DNA from: Blasia pusilla
Taxonomy: Eukaryota
Reading direction: 5' to 3'
Assembly (NCBI GenBank): GCA_050084515.1
Contig: CM114271.1
Coordinates: forward strand, 32,364,001-32,428,000
DNA: 64,000 bases
The notes below the pieces were generated by a model. The model was given only the letters and a program-made list of their open reading frames with translations, searched no databases and was not told where the DNA came from. The translations under genes were made by a program, and so were the position numbers. This document shows, piece after piece, positions 1-13,049 of this stretch; position 1 is the stretch's first letter, and each line of letters starts with the position of its first letter.

Positions 1-3000
1 CAAGGATGATGGAGTGTATTCCATATCATGGTCTGCTCCCTAGGACAAACTGGCGCGCCTCTTGCTTCCGCTTCTCTTGAGTCTGGTCGGCTTGTTGGGG
101 TCTCTATTACCTCAGACTTGGTGGAGTTTTTTTTGCAGAGGACCTGGTCCAACCCTCTCTCCTCGCTCGCCCGGACGATTCCGCCTTTCGCCTTGAATTC
201 TCAGCCTCTTTTTGGGAAGACTTGGGCTCGGAATTCTTCGATCCCCTCGCCTTGGCTTTGAGACCCGCTGTAGATTTGTCCTTGGCGGTGACCACCTTAG
301 ACATCAACTCCGCTGTCTCGATGGATTGCTCCTCTGCATCTCCTTCGAAAAAGTCTTCAGGTTGCACAAAATTGGGGATGTCGTCCCTACCTGCGGCCAC
401 TGCATCATAGAGCAGGCGTAGATTTTTCTCGGTTATGTCCTCAGGGTCGTTGAAGTCCAGCCAGATCGGGAAATTCTCCACCTCCCAGTTGGACATGCTT
501 TGAGCCATCTCCATGTCGTACATGGAAAATGTCTCTCCATCAAGCGGAGAAGCCCACAATTTGCAGGCTGCCAATATTTTTCGCCACGTATCTACATTCT
601 TACAATGGACAAGGTACCTTAATACCATGTGTTGGGCAGCTCTTAGTCGAGATGCATCGGCCGCCTGCTCCTAAAGATCTCGCTTTTTCTTTGCGAAATC
701 CCTTTTCTTCGCCTCTATTTCTTCATCAAGGTTTGCCTGAGGGAGGATGTGATCCTTGAACATCGTCCTGAAGCCTCGGTTTTTTAAGGGCTTTTCCCGC
801 ATGTCACCAACCAAAGTTCAAAATCTTCAGCACTCTCCAAGTTTGCTTCCTCCGAAACTGGCTCTATTTTTTTCAGCTCCGCTTGGAGACCCACGAGCAT
901 GGACTTCCCGAGAAGCCGCAACGTGTCCCAAAATGACCATACACGGAGCCAGTGGGAGATCACTGGATTAGAGACACCCGGAGAATGGTATGTTGCCCTC
1001 TTTTGGGCCTCTATGCCCTCGAGACTTATTTTCATCAGTCGGATTCTCCTAAATTCCGAAATTCTAGACAAGGCAAATCAATGGACGCGGTTGAGAGACA
1101 TTTTCTCCCCAATCTGACCCTGCGGATCTTCATCCCTCTTCCGCTGGCGCTTGATTATCGCCTTCAGCTCCTTGTAGAAATCGGGGCCAAGTTCGGGGTT
1201 GAGAATGGCTATGTAGCGCTGCATCTTGCTTGCAGTGTACTTTGTAGTTGCACATACTGCAGCTTGGATGGACTAAGCACGCTCAGACATAGACACTTTC
1301 TCCCTCCGCTCCAGTTCCAATGAAGCGCTCTTCTTGGCGGCCTGTATCTTTGACCAACAAAGGATTGTCATGGCTGCATCTTGGGAAATAAATGTATTTT
1401 CCCAAGTCTTTTTTTTTATTTGAGCCCCCTCCACCGGAATCTCATTTACAAGGGCGTCGCCCAAGAACCCCTTGTACTCTGCCGGGTGCGTCGTTAGCAC
1501 TTTCTTCACCCGATCGCAATCCTGGATCCAGTGGTGGGTGACATTCCCCTCGGATACAATCCTACACATCCAAACTCAATATAAGAAATTTTGCAAGCTA
1601 CATGGGTTCCTGCAACCCGTTGGACTCCGACAGGTTGTCACACCTCATGATAGGAATGGAAGCTACGAGCTAAATTTTGCAACCCATCGAAGTCCGATGA
1701 GTTTCTTTCGACCAAAAACATCCTAAAAACAGTGGCCAGTCGAGCAACTGGTCGGAGTCCAACGAGTTGCTTTCGGCCAAAAAAATCCTAAAGTAGCGGC
1801 CAGTCGAGCAACTCGTCGAACTCCGACGAGTTGCTTTCGGCCAAAAACATCCTAAAAAGAGCGGCCAGTCAAGCAACTAGTCGGACTTTGACGAGTTTTG
1901 TTACCACTAGTTAAACAACTCATCAGAGTCCGACGATCTGCACAATCAAAATAAAGGAAGAGGAAACTTACGTGTTCATGGCATGCATGGCGATCTCCAC
2001 CATCGCCATGTGATGAGGGTATGGATGTAGCACGACTGCCTTCACGCAAAAATGCGCCTCCAATGAGTTTTTGCGCTCCTCTGCAGACTGGGTCCACGCC
2101 ATGAACCTGTGGTTTCCATCCTAGATAAAGACATACAGGTTCCGCATTCTGATCTCTCATCCAATTGAATTCCTGATCTCTCATCCTCCAGAATGTGTCG
2201 AGCGCCTCCAAGTCCTCCTCTATCACTAGCGCTTGGGTTCCATGTTCATCGTAAGGCTGAATATAGAACGGAAGGAAGTTGTCGATGTAGGATGTTGTCG
2301 CTGCCGATTGTTTCAGCTTTGCAATATCCTCGTCAGACTGAACTTAGCGGACGTACTCCATTGTCCGCAATCGGCAAAGTGGAATCCTCGGGGCATTTTG
2401 GCCCTCCATCAGTGCCATCTGCTTTAACACCTGTCACAACGGGGACAAGGTCAATAAACTATACTGAATTGCAACATAGGCCTTCACATAACTCAAAGAA
2501 CAAAGATCGTATCTTCCCGCTCAAAGATTGGGTCGGTGTCTTGGCCCGCCAACTGCTCTAGGACAGCAACTGGCTAGAAACTCGTCGATCCGATAGAGGT
2601 CGATTTCTTCCGCCGGGCTAAGAGACAAGGAAGACCACTCTCCTGCTTGTTCGGAGATGTCCACCATCTCTCGCTGGCGATCCTCATGACCTCATCGTCC
2701 GTCACTTGAACTTTGCCGGTTTCCTCAGCTGATTTTATATTGATTGTGTCCTCAGACTTCATCGGAGATATTTCCTACATCTCAACACTTTCGGTTGGAC
2801 GTGCTGGGCTTTCTTCAATGGCAGTCGCTTTTTCCCTTCAAGCTTTTGCCAATTCTGCTTTCCTCACCGACTCGTCTAGATGCTTCTTTTCACGCTTCTC
2901 CTCGGCGATCCTTTTCTTCAAGGCCTGCGACGCCTCAGCCTCTGCGTTCTGTTTTCAATCGCCTCCTTAACACGTTCTACAAGAAGCTCCTGCTTGTGCA

Positions 3001-3142
3001 TCTCCACTTCCCTTTCGCGCTCCTCGATCTCTTGCTGCCTTATCTCATTGGCCGAACGAGGCCTTGGAGATGGTGATGCAGGAGTCCTGGACTTGGGAGT
3101 GAAGCTCCCAGCCTTGCTTGCTTGAGTTTTTTTCCTCGTCAT
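1..3142 (-). pseudogene. 5' part (exons 1-2) of ParB/Srx-like + DNA methyltransferase gene, copy A
   Basis: ATG at 3142; exon 1 to 1972; GTAAG donor 1971; AG acceptor 1563-1562; motif FI*DGNHRFMAW at ~2095-2130; stops and frameshifts; homologous to copy B. Confidence 0.65.
1610..1940. repeat. ~64-bp tandem units, each carrying the 29-bp palindrome, inside intron 1
   Basis: Units start near 1695, 1759 and 1823 (CCGACGAGTTGCTTTCGGCCAAAAACATCCTAAAA...GCAACTCGTCGAACT). Confidence 0.85.
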
Positions 3143-3180
3143 TGTTCCCGAAAATGCCACCTCCTCGACAATGAAATTAC

Positions 3181-3280
3181 CTCGATGAGTTGCCTCGATG
3201 AGTCGCTCGAATCGTCTAGCGATGAGTCGCCTCGATGAATCACCTTGATGAGTCGCTCGAATCGTCTAGCGATGAGTCGC
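3181..3280. repeat. Two tandem 50-bp units built from GATGAGTCGC submotifs
   Basis: 3181-3230 and 3231-3280 are near-identical; absent from the homologous position of copy B. Confidence 0.85.
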
Positions 3281-3459
3281 CGTGTAAAGCGCCCCTTGGT
3301 ATCTAGTCCGCTGAAGAGCAATCAAGATCGCGAAACGAAAAACCTAAAATGAGCAAACCCTAGCCTATTTATACTTTTCGAGCCGTTGGGCTGACCGTTG
3401 TGTCGCACAGTCGTTCCGACGGCGACGTGTCGGCCGTTATGGAGGTTTGGACGTGAAAA

Positions 3460-4020
3460 CCATCAACCCAAAAGTCTCCGATGGGTTGGAGGCATCCGTC
3501 CTAGCCGAGATATCTGGCAACCTGTCGGAGTCCGACATGTTGCGCACCTCCGCTGTCTTGGGGGAAGAACGCGAGATACCCGCGCAACCCGTCGATGACC
3601 GACGGCTTGCACCCTTCCCTTGTCTTGGGATAACAAGGCGGGGTACCTGCGCAACTCGTCGAAGGCCGACGGGTTGCACAATTTCTTCATGTAAGCGTTC
3701 CAAGGCGAGGCACTTGCGCAACCCGTCAAAGGCCGACGGGTTGCACGCTTCCCTCATCTTGGGGTAATAGGCGGGGTACCTGCGCAACTCGTCGAAGGCC
3801 GACGGGTTGCACGCTTCCTTCATGTAAGCATTACAAGGCGAGGCACTTGCGCAACCTGTCGGAGGCCAACGGGTTGCACACTTCCCTCATCTTGGGGTAA
3901 TAGGCAAGGTACCTAGGCAACTCGTTCGTTACAGACAGGTTGCACTCCTTTCTATCCCTAGGGTAACAATGTGACAACGGATAGTTTCGAGGCAACCTCT
4001 TGCAATCCGACGGGTCACAA
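3460..4020. repeat. Tandem array of ~66-bp units with palindrome GCAACCCGTCGGA-N-(T/G)CCGACGGGTTGC
   Basis: Palindromes at about 3517, 3583, 3651, 3717, 3783, 3851, 3917 and 3992. Confidence 0.9.
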
Positions 4021-4954
4021 GATCTACCCTGAGTTGGACAATCCCATAATAGTCCCCAACGATTAGTTACCTTAGCAAATGTGTCAGATATGTCAAAGAT
4101 TTTCACATATCAAAATAGTCCTATCCTCAAAGCCAACAGTCATGTGAGGCTTTGTCCTTCTTTTCTTGGGGGACCTTTTGGCCTCAATAAGGTATTTAAC
4201 ATTATCAGTAAGCTCGTGCGATTCTTGATGATACCCTGCACAAGCCATAGAAGTAATTAGATCATGACGTGTAAATGATAAAAATAGATCATAATCTAGA
4301 GTGCCCTAATGAAATCTAATTGGAGTTATATAAGAAAATGAACTTACTTTTCAAAGTTGATGGCTTCTCTACAAGTGCATCATTATATGACACATTGGAC
4401 GTTGTTTCTTTTCCACTTTGAGCCGATTTAGAGACCATGCGCATGAGTACATTCATTTTCAATTTGGGATCTCATATCATGTAGAACTTCATCCAATTTG
4501 CTCTCCACCTCATTCATGTGGGAAGTGACATCTAATTCAACTCCCTATCAAACATAGTAGATAATTATCATAAGATGACAATACTTTCTCTTCCAAATTT
4601 CCTGATTTTTCCTTTCTATCCATGACTACTACACTAATTTATTTTGAAACTTGTGTGTTACCCGTGATGCCCAACTAAAATCTGTACTGGTGGGGTGTAA
4701 TAATATTACCTCCTCTCTTGTTGTACCATGAACAAAATTGTATCTTTTTGGAACCCCCTAAAATACAATAAGTCGGTGGCCTCGTTTTGGGTTGGGCCTA
4801 TGGAGGACGCGGTGAAGGGAGATGTGTGTGATTGAATTGTGGTGTCATAATTCAAATAAGAAACAAGTACAAATTTCATATGTAAGCTGATGGGAACGCC
4901 TAAATTTTGAGAGGAGAAGAACCCAACAATTTTAAGCTACGTTTTTACAACTAA

Positions 4955-7228
4955 AAGCTAGGTCACATGTCAGGTTAAGGGCTTACTGACAACACGTGTG
5001 AGCCTAATCGGTCGTCGTAGTTCAAAGTCTAGATATGTGAGCGGGCCTTCGTCATTTGCTTGGCCAATAGTGTTTTTGGATGTGGTGAGTAAAGGTTAAT
5101 GAGCACGTTATCCACGTTTATGGTAAACCAACTTGGTGCCACACGAGGTATTATGGAGGGCGTACGTACGTGAGAGTGGAGCGCCCCTCCCATTTTTTGG
5201 TGGATTCTAATCTAGACCCTAGCCATCAATCACATGCAGTGAGGTAGAATGATCGACCACCATTAATTGTGGTCAATAGAATAGGTAGGCCGTGGGCAAC
5301 CTTTCCCATTTTTTTAAGTTTTCCCGCTTCCTATTCGTATAAGGAGGCCAGTCCTGCTTGGTATAGGATGACAAGGCGGAGCGGTTGATGGAGCCCAATT
5401 AAAAAAAAATGCAAGGTCGATGAGCAAGATCGAGCGAGCGATGGGGTTTCCCACAAAAGTAACGGAAATACTGTCACTATTAGAGGCATTATAACGTCAT
5501 GTCTTAGGTCAGGCGATGGTCGTGAGTAGCGTGACATGGATTACCAACTTAGAAGTAGTTGAGAAACGTTGGATGAGGTTGTGGAAGGTCAAAATTATTG
5601 CTTGGGTAAGCCCCATCCCTATCGATCGGATTGAGGATCGTTTGGGGCAAGACCCGAGGAGATTGGCACATCACAAGTGATTGGGAGAGATACCCTTAGA
5701 CTTCTTGGGATATTTTGCAGGTATGCTAAGAGATGGCAATGTCGTGCAAATCCACATCGTCATACAACATACATCGCTGACATACCATATTCACATACAT
5801 ACATAACATAGACGAGAGTAATCACAAACACACCACAACTGAAATCCATGGAAGACCTACTGTCATAAAACACGTATAGAATCACATACAATCGAGCCAA
5901 ACCCACTCCACGATGGGAGAATCTAGGTCGAAGCTTGCGGGAAACACCATAGCCAAGGGCTCTACTCACTACCAAGGCTAACTCCCAACGCAACAGGCTC
6001 AACTCAAAGAACTGACTGTTCTTTGAGTGCACTCCACCTTATATCCTCCAACCTAAGAGCGGGCCCTACTGGGAAAGTCACCCCCAACTCAGTAACCCCC
6101 AACCCTATATATGAAACCGCATCTCTACCAAGCCACTACGGTCCTACATAAGGAATGGCCTCTACTAGCACACTATACTCTACGACATAATCCGTATGGT
6201 CATGACAGCAACCATAACATTGAGCGCTAGCGTGGTGAAAGGCCCTGCACACCAAGGAGCTAGATGAGATTTGCAGTTGGTTGTAGGGCAATAGTCGGGT
6301 TCTATTGTTTGAGATGGGGTTGCACCATAGCAACCACAGATACTTGTGCCATAGAGTCCTACAAAAGTCATGATGGAGACTTGGGAGCCATGTATGGGCC
6401 CTAAGTTGATAGGAGGCCGAAGATCGACACCCGATACATGAGTTTCTTAGGAGTCATAGGAGCTACTTTGCATTTAGTATGTATGATTTGGGTACATTGA
6501 AGGGTCTAGGGATTCGCATTGGGGTTTTAAGAGATATGCTGATCTTTTGATGACTCGACAAGTACAGTGATATGGAAAGGGCTCTCATTAAGGGTAGGAG
6601 CCATGACTTGGTTGGATTAGGACTAGTGGAGATGTCATACGGAGAGTATGCATCTGCCACCATCATGCTTGCCAAGAAGGATGTGCATGCATATGACAAC
6701 TAGACAAATAGGCGAATTTATGGAGACTACTGACCTATCAATCGGCATACAAAGTTTGATAGGTATGCGCATGCTATGCTCACTCCTGAGGAGATCTTTG
6801 ATGCTATTAGGCATGCAAAGGTCTTTAGTTCTTTAGATCTTTGAGCCTGACACCGTAAGTTGCCTAGGAGATTGGAGGACAAGCATGAGAAGATATTTTG
6901 GGGCATTGATCCTCACGAAAAGGATTGTTTGTACCACTGGAGGTTCTTACCATTTGGGTTAAAGAGTGCTCTGACAGAGTTTTAGAGGATCATGGATAGG
7001 ATCTTGGTAGGTCTGGATTTTACGAGATATTTTATTGATGGTATCGTAGTCTTTAGCGCCACGGTCAATTGAGGAGCATGACTGATATTTGGAGGAGGTG
7101 TTACGATAATTGTAGTTACATGGACTGAAGCTATATCCACGCAAGTGCAAGTTCTTCTATGACCACATTGAGTACTTGGATCACACGATATATCCAAGTG
7201 GCCTTGGTGTTCAAAAGATGAAGATAGA
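4955..7228 (+). mobile_element. Decayed Gypsy-like fragment (C5-DNMT C-terminal part, then RT), split by a solo terminal repeat
   Basis: Nucleotide homology to 48445-50250; DNMT-region remnants (RLW.TNL, AMGFP, LGQAM); RT remnants (DYR-like, YFIDGI, GLGVQK). Confidence 0.8.
5740..6207 (-). mobile_element. Solo terminal repeat unit (A+B), 468 bp, with 4-bp TSD GCAA
   Basis: TGTCGTG...CATGACA; homologous to 10638-11107; GCAA at 5736-5739 and 6208-6211; flanks rejoin to match the uninterrupted sequence near 49275. Confidence 0.92.
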
Positions 7229-7347
7229 TGTAGTGTGCATATACATCGCTACATCACATATATCACTGTCAATGAATATACACACAAACACGCACGATCC
7301 AATGCTAACTCATGGCATCCAAACAATTAGACGAGAACCAAAATATC
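7229..7347 (-). mobile_element. Terminal A unit of a second-subfamily split-repeat retroelement
   Basis: Reverse complement matches ~33808-33929; starts with TG exactly where the upstream RT remnant stops. Confidence 0.75.
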
Positions 7348-7348
7348 G

Positions 7349-8534
7349 AGGAGAGGAAGAGAGGAAGAGAGGAGAGAGGAGAGAGGAAACTACCTTCAAC
7401 CCAAAGAGATACTTTTTTTAAGAGAATTTCTTGTGATTTGAAGAGATTTTCTGTTGGGTTGAAGAAAGGAAACTTTTTGTGTGATCTTTTTTGCAGTTTT
7501 TTTCTCAATTTTAGGCACTCCTACACAATTTTTTTCCTCTTCCACATTTTGGAAACCCGTCAGAATCCGACGGGTTGCAAATTTGCACAAAATTTTAAAA
7601 ACTGAAAAATCATTGGAATCATAAATATGGAACAAATCACTTTTTCCATCCAAGGTCTAGAAAAAATCTATCATTTGCCCTAGGCTGAATAGAGTTCAAG
7701 CTCAAAGTGAAGGTTATGGCAAATGAAAGTATAATCTAAAACCTCATTTTGCATCCTCAAAGTGGTTTGTTTAAAATACTTTGCACTTCTTTGAGGGACA
7801 GAATTGTTTGGTGGATTCCTACTCCTACCTCCGACTCTCTTAAAACTACAAGCAATACATAGTACATGTGCTTACAAGGGAAATACCTTTTCCCACTTGT
7901 CTCTCTTTGGACAAAGTCGTCACAGGAACATGTGGGAAAGCAAAAGAAATGCACCACATACACCTCTGTGACACTTGAATTTACAGTGTTGTTCTTGATC
8001 CAATACATATTTCCTATTCCATTGCCACTCTGGATATCTTTTTTGGCGATGATTTCCATGTTTGCCTCCCGAGCTGATGCGATTCGCTTTGCTCTCTCCA
8101 CCGTTGGCCTACACATTTTTTTCTCTTTACCCCATTTCTAGACTCAGAAAAAAATACTGGATTGAGATCATCCACCTTCTCCGGGTACATATTCACATCA
8201 ATCTTGGGTTGAATACGAAATGCGAAGGTCTCTGTAATGCGAACATGCTCTGAACTTGCTCCATCTACGAGTCTGAAAGGGCACTTGTAAGATTGTCCAC
8301 TTCCTCGTGAGTGCAATTGGTACTTGCGGCAATGGGCCAAATTGTGGGGGTATTCCCTGGAGCTCCAATGGCAGCCAGATAAGACTTTCGGAAAGCGCAG
8401 GATTCATTTGGGTAGAAGAAGTACTTCAATTGATCTCCGGTCCTCGTGAAACGATCAAAGGTTTTGAGTCCCCAAAATCTAGGGAGTGGTCGTCTAGTCC
8501 TTGTACAATTCTTGTTTAGGAAAGTGCCGCATGC
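7349..8534 (-). repeat. Left inverted arm (~1.19 kb)
   Basis: Diverged reverse complement of 26935-28114, including the SWIM-coding region. Confidence 0.9.
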
Positions 8535-9100
8535 TCTCCTAATGCCATCAGATCCTGCCTAGCAAGTGGGGTCCACATCCAGGGTTGCTCCGAGATATAT
8601 GCCACCTTTTGAGGTTGCAATCCACCTCAATGACCGGAATCCCATATTGTTGAACCACCCTAGCGACCGGATGTTGCGAACTTCCAGCAACGGAGGGCTT
8701 TTGAAATAAAACATTCACTGGTTTTGGAGAAGTTATTGCATCACGGATTTGTGAGCAATCCGGGGTCTCCGAATACCTGGGCGTAATTTCCTCATCCAAA
8801 TCAATCACCGGGTTCGTTCCTCGATGCCGCCTCTTCACTTGGGTGAAGTCAAGATACTTATCTGATCTCCACGAGTCTCGCTCGAACAACTCTACCACCA
8901 TCTGTATGGGATGTCTTGAAACACGCCCACGAATATCCCCACCAACGTGGACATCTTGCTCAAGAGGAGTTCCTGCTACGCACCGATTGAAGGCTTCCAC
9001 ATAGAGTTTTTCGTATTATTGTTGAAGGACCATTGGCAAATAATTTGACCAGAAGTAGGAATTTCATCTCAATGAAAGGTTCAAATAAAGACTCTAACTA
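7757..9100 (-). pseudogene. C-terminal part of SWIM zinc-finger (MULE-type transposase-like) gene
   Basis: PTCSCDDF-x9-FPCKHMYYVL is a SWIM CxC-xn-CxH motif; upstream frames (WHISR, YFF.PNE) broken by frameshifts. Confidence 0.7.
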
Positions 9101-9624
9101 TGGTCTCAATTGACTCCAGTGCCCTTCAAGGTTTAACTTCTGTGAATATGTGGTTGACATTATGGATTGTTGACTCTTCTTGCAAAAGACATCAAATACT
9201 CATCAATAAGGGGCAAAAGAAAGGCAAAAGGAAATGCCTTTAAATGATTGCTGACTCTTCTTGCAAAAGGCATCAATACTCATCCATAAGGGGGTTTTCC
9301 ACAATAGAACAAATCACTCGTCACTCATGGTAGCCAAAGACTTTCATTTCATCATTTGATGATGTGGGCTTATGAATGGGTGCACAAAGTACACCATGGA
9401 CTACTGTGCGTTTGACAACTTGGTTTCACCATTCTCTCTCCCCCTGATAAATGTGATCACATAGCTGTCAGGAGTAAAGAGGAACTAATCAAAAAGAAAA
9501 TGTGATCAGACGAGACAACAATTGAAGCAAAAGATATTTAGCTGTTAGGAGTAAAGAGGAACTGACGCACCCATGTCCCTTCATTTAGATCCTAAATTTG
9601 AGAATCCGAGAAGCTGCACCCCTC

Positions 9625-9910
9625 CCAACCCGTCGAAATTTGACAGGTTGCAAGTCTTGCAACCCGTCGGAATCGGATGGGTTGCACCCCTTGCAAGCAA
9701 GCTCACCATAACAAAAGAAGTATTTTGAGAAGTGATTCCATTCCGATCTTTTGAGGCATTCTAGCAGGCTTCTTCACTTTTGTCTCGTTCCCCTATTATC
9801 ATCAAACCATTCTTCTCTAATTCTTCTCTTCTCTAAGACGTGTTGGATTCCTACTACTTGTCGGATTGCCATTTGGAATTCCCAACCAGTTGGATTCTCA
9901 ACCTGTCGGA
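9625..9910. repeat. Palindrome cluster
   Basis: e.g. TGCAACCCGTCGGAATCGGATGGGTTGCA near 9658. Confidence 0.75.
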
Positions 9911-10049
9911 TCCTAAATTTTACAAACACCATCATGGTTCAAAAAATTCTTGTCCTTTATTACATCCAACGGAAGCTCAGAAATGTACATTTGATCTAGT
10001 CTATGATTTCTTCAGCCTCGTCATCTACAAATTTACTCCTAACTCTCCT

Positions 10050-10637
10050 AGGTTCCTATACAAAAGGAATGTCCTGGGATACAAGTAGACGAGGATAAAA
10101 AATGTTGGGGAATTCGAGAGCCTTGGCCCTCCCCTAGGTACACCATAACGGTCCCATGTAACCTGATTTGAGTCCCACTGCCTTCCTCAGCACTAAATCT
10201 TGTACGCTCTGCAAGGTGACACCCATCCAGTATCAATATGTGCTCCGTCCTTGGAAACCAATAAATCCCTACTCCAAAACGCTTAAGTCAAGATGGGTCC
10301 TTTAGTTCTTTGAACTCACTCCTCATCGTCCGAGAGCTCTTCCAGAATTACTGTCGGCCTTGCCCTCCCGATTTTTAGAATTGTGGGAAGTGACGATGGT
10401 GTCACTATCCATGGTGGGTCTGGAACCGGAGCTCTCGGCTTTGGAGGAGAGTTGTATGCTCCCACTAGCCTGTCGTAATCTACCTTTGCCTCTTTGCAAA
10501 GGTCATAAAGTTCTTGCCTTCCCTCAAGGCAGAGAATGTTCCTGCCACTCTGCCAGGCGCCTCTGATACTCGCCCTTTGATAGGCCCACTAAGTCGAAGA
10601 CCAAGTCACCCGGCCTTGAACAGAGCTCGATGAGCAT
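10050..10637 (-). pseudogene. C-terminal part of beta-class N4C/N6A DNA methyltransferase domain (SAM-binding region); 3' limit approximate
   Basis: MLIELCSRPGDLVFDL...(frameshift)ASIRGAWQSGRNILCLEGRQELYDLCKE; continues the frame GGTEKSPALMQ from the other side of the retro insertion. Confidence 0.7.
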
Positions 10638-11213
10638 TGTCGTGCGAATCCCCATCGTCATATAACATACATCGCTGACATACCATACTCACATACATAC
10701 ATAACATAGACAAGAGTATCCACAAACGCAAGTGTACCACAACTGAAATCCGTGAAAGACCTACTGTCATAAAACACATTTACAATCACATACAATTGAG
10801 CCAAACCCACTCCACGATGGGAGAATCTAGGTCGAAGCTTGCGGGAAACACCATAGCCAAGAGCTCTACTCACTACCAAGGCTAACTCCCAACGCAACAG
10901 GCTCAACTCAAAGAATATTGTTCTTTGAGGGCAAGCCACCTTATATCCTCCAACCTAAGAGCGGGCCCTACTGGGAAAGTCATCCCCAAGTGAGTAACCC
11001 CCAACCCTATGTATGGAACCGCATCTCTACCAAGCCACTACGGTCCTACATAAGGAATGGCCTCTACCAGCACTATACTCTACGACATAATCCGTATGGT
11101 CATGACAGCTGTCGTGCAAATCCCCATCGTCATACAACATACATCGCTGACATACCATACTCACATACATACATAACATAGACGAGAGTATCCACAAAGG
11201 CAAGTGTACCACA
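10638..11213 (-). repeat. 3' terminal repeat block: A (10638-10741), B (10744-11107), GC, A (11110-11213)
   Basis: The two A copies are near-identical (~104 bp); B matches 19566-19917; junction CATGACA-GC-TGTCGTG. Confidence 0.92.
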
Positions 11214-11228
11214 ACTTGCCCCCCTAAC
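11214..11228 (-). promoter_or_regulatory. Polypurine tract
   Basis: Minus strand reads TTAGGGGGGCAAGT immediately before TGTGG, the start of the inner A unit. Confidence 0.65.
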
Positions 11229-11388
11229 TGGCGGTTAGGTCCCTCTAACTCCCAGGTAGCCCTATACATCTACTACATGCTATACACCTTCTTGGGTGCC
11301 CGAATCAGAAGGCCGGGTGCTAGGTTGCCCCATCGTTAGTCGCACATCTGTAATCCATATCATGCAGAGATCAAGTCATCTACCTCTC

Positions 11389-12830
11389 CTAAGTACATCG
11401 AGGACAAACCCACCTTCTAGTAGGAACAACATCCAAACGTGGAGTCAAACACATCATGTGCCAACCCCTAGAACACCGATCACACACCAACATACGGGCT
11501 GCGTTACCAGCAGACCCACACAACATGCACCTCAAGCTAGCACGTATCATGGCTAAGCTTGGGTCAACAGTACCATCCACATTTGGAAGATGACATGGCG
11601 CACAATTACGCACATGGTCCTTCCAAACAACTCCATCACGACCCTCCAACATGAGAGCTCCAGAAGCTAACACCTCACGCACTCGTAAAATAGTGCGGCC
11701 TGCCGTCACATCCAACGTTGTCGGGGCAATCTGCTGCAAATAGACATAGTCCCCCACATGGAACCTACTAATCGATGGTCGATAACCTCCATCCCGAATG
11801 GTTGCATACCGCAACGTATCCCTGTGTTGAGCAATGGCAAGATTCTCAAAGGCTGTTGGCATAACTCTCCGAAAGAGCTCCGCCCGCTGAGAACACACCC
11901 TCATCCACATCTCTGGGTCATCAAGGTCCACCACCTCACTAGACTCCCGACAAATTCTTTGCTTGGCAAGTCCGGATCTCGCCGATAATGAGAAAATAAG
12001 GTGAGAAGGAAGCCAAGGATGCTTGGCGATCGAACCTATACCCCATGGCTAACCATGGCAACTCGAATATCCGGTCTCCAAGATGCCCTTCAGAGGCCAT
12101 ACTTGCGCGATGCCCTCTTCTTCACCGTCGAACCACACGCTCAGCCAAACCATCCGCCTCTGGATTATCTCGAGACGTGGTCCGATGATCAATCAACGCC
12201 TTGTCACACAAGATCTGAAACTCACCCTGAAACTCAGACCTGGTCGGTCAAGACTTCGGTGGTGCACCAAAATGACTAAGCACTCTATCCAGAAATGCAT
12301 ACGCCCGTTCCTCACTTGCCTTGTCCGTAATGCCACCAACTCAATCCACTTGGAGAAGTGCTCCACCATCACCAACACATATCGATGATGTCGCATCAAT
12401 GGTAACGGTCCCCAAAGTCCACACTCCAACGGTAACCCAACCCCATAATAGGCAAGGGGTGTAATTGTGGTGTAGGGGCATTAAATGATGCCCTCACCGG
12501 TCACAAACCATACAACGTGACACCAATCGCTGCACTTGAGTATGCATGCCACGCCACCAATATCGCCAAGGAGTAAGCTATACGACGCTTTACCCCAAAA
12601 TGTCCCAACTCCTCATGGGCATGTCGCACAATGCGCTCTCTGTGAGCCAAATGTGGCACTACTCGTACTCTACCATCCTCCCACATACGGAGAATATGTG
12701 TTCCCTCCAATCGATACCTCTTAGCACGTTGAAGAACACGGTCTCGCTCCTTGGCACTCACTATGCCTGGCACCCTACTGGTCCGTAGGAACTCCAACAC
12801 CAACGCATCATCATGAATATCACGCTAATC
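11389..12830 (-). pseudogene. DDE integrase with C-terminal PHD finger
   Basis: HAHEELGHFG Zn motif; GPLP...YVLVMVEHFSKWIE rve core; CMLC...LVCDRCSRGWHMMCLTP...WVCPRC is a C4HC3 PHD at ~11395-11535. Confidence 0.9.
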
Positions 12831-13049
12831 CGCACCACCATCTCCAACCTTAGGATCTCAAGGTGGCCATCTACCCTCGACTAGAGTAAGATATCATGTG
12901 GTCCTCCATACTAGAGTCCACCCCTTACCAACATAAAAAGGGGGATGCATGCCAACCTGGCACCATCTCCTCATCAACCTTGCCATGCCATCTAGCCCCA
13001 GTTGGATCCTCTTGGCTAGTACATGGGTTCCTACTCAACCCATCAAAGC

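Larger units (their letters stand above)
1..4090. mobile_element. Partial second copy (runs off window start) of the palindrome-rich DNA-transposon-like element
   Basis: Colinear and same orientation as ~21113-25650 (position 1 CAAGGATGATGGAGTGTATTCCATATC also occurs near 21113); same ORF remnants, intron and palindrome arrays. Confidence 0.9.

Noticed and set aside
3460-4020. CRISPR-like look of ~29-bp palindromes spaced ~66 bp apart (also 25040-25410)
   Set aside because: The spacers are homologous to each other, the repeats are degenerate, no cas genes are present and the context is eukaryotic.
11110-11213. Extra A unit as an assembly artefact
   Set aside because: The same layout recurs in a diverged copy (33801-34463) and fits the PPT and PBS positions.
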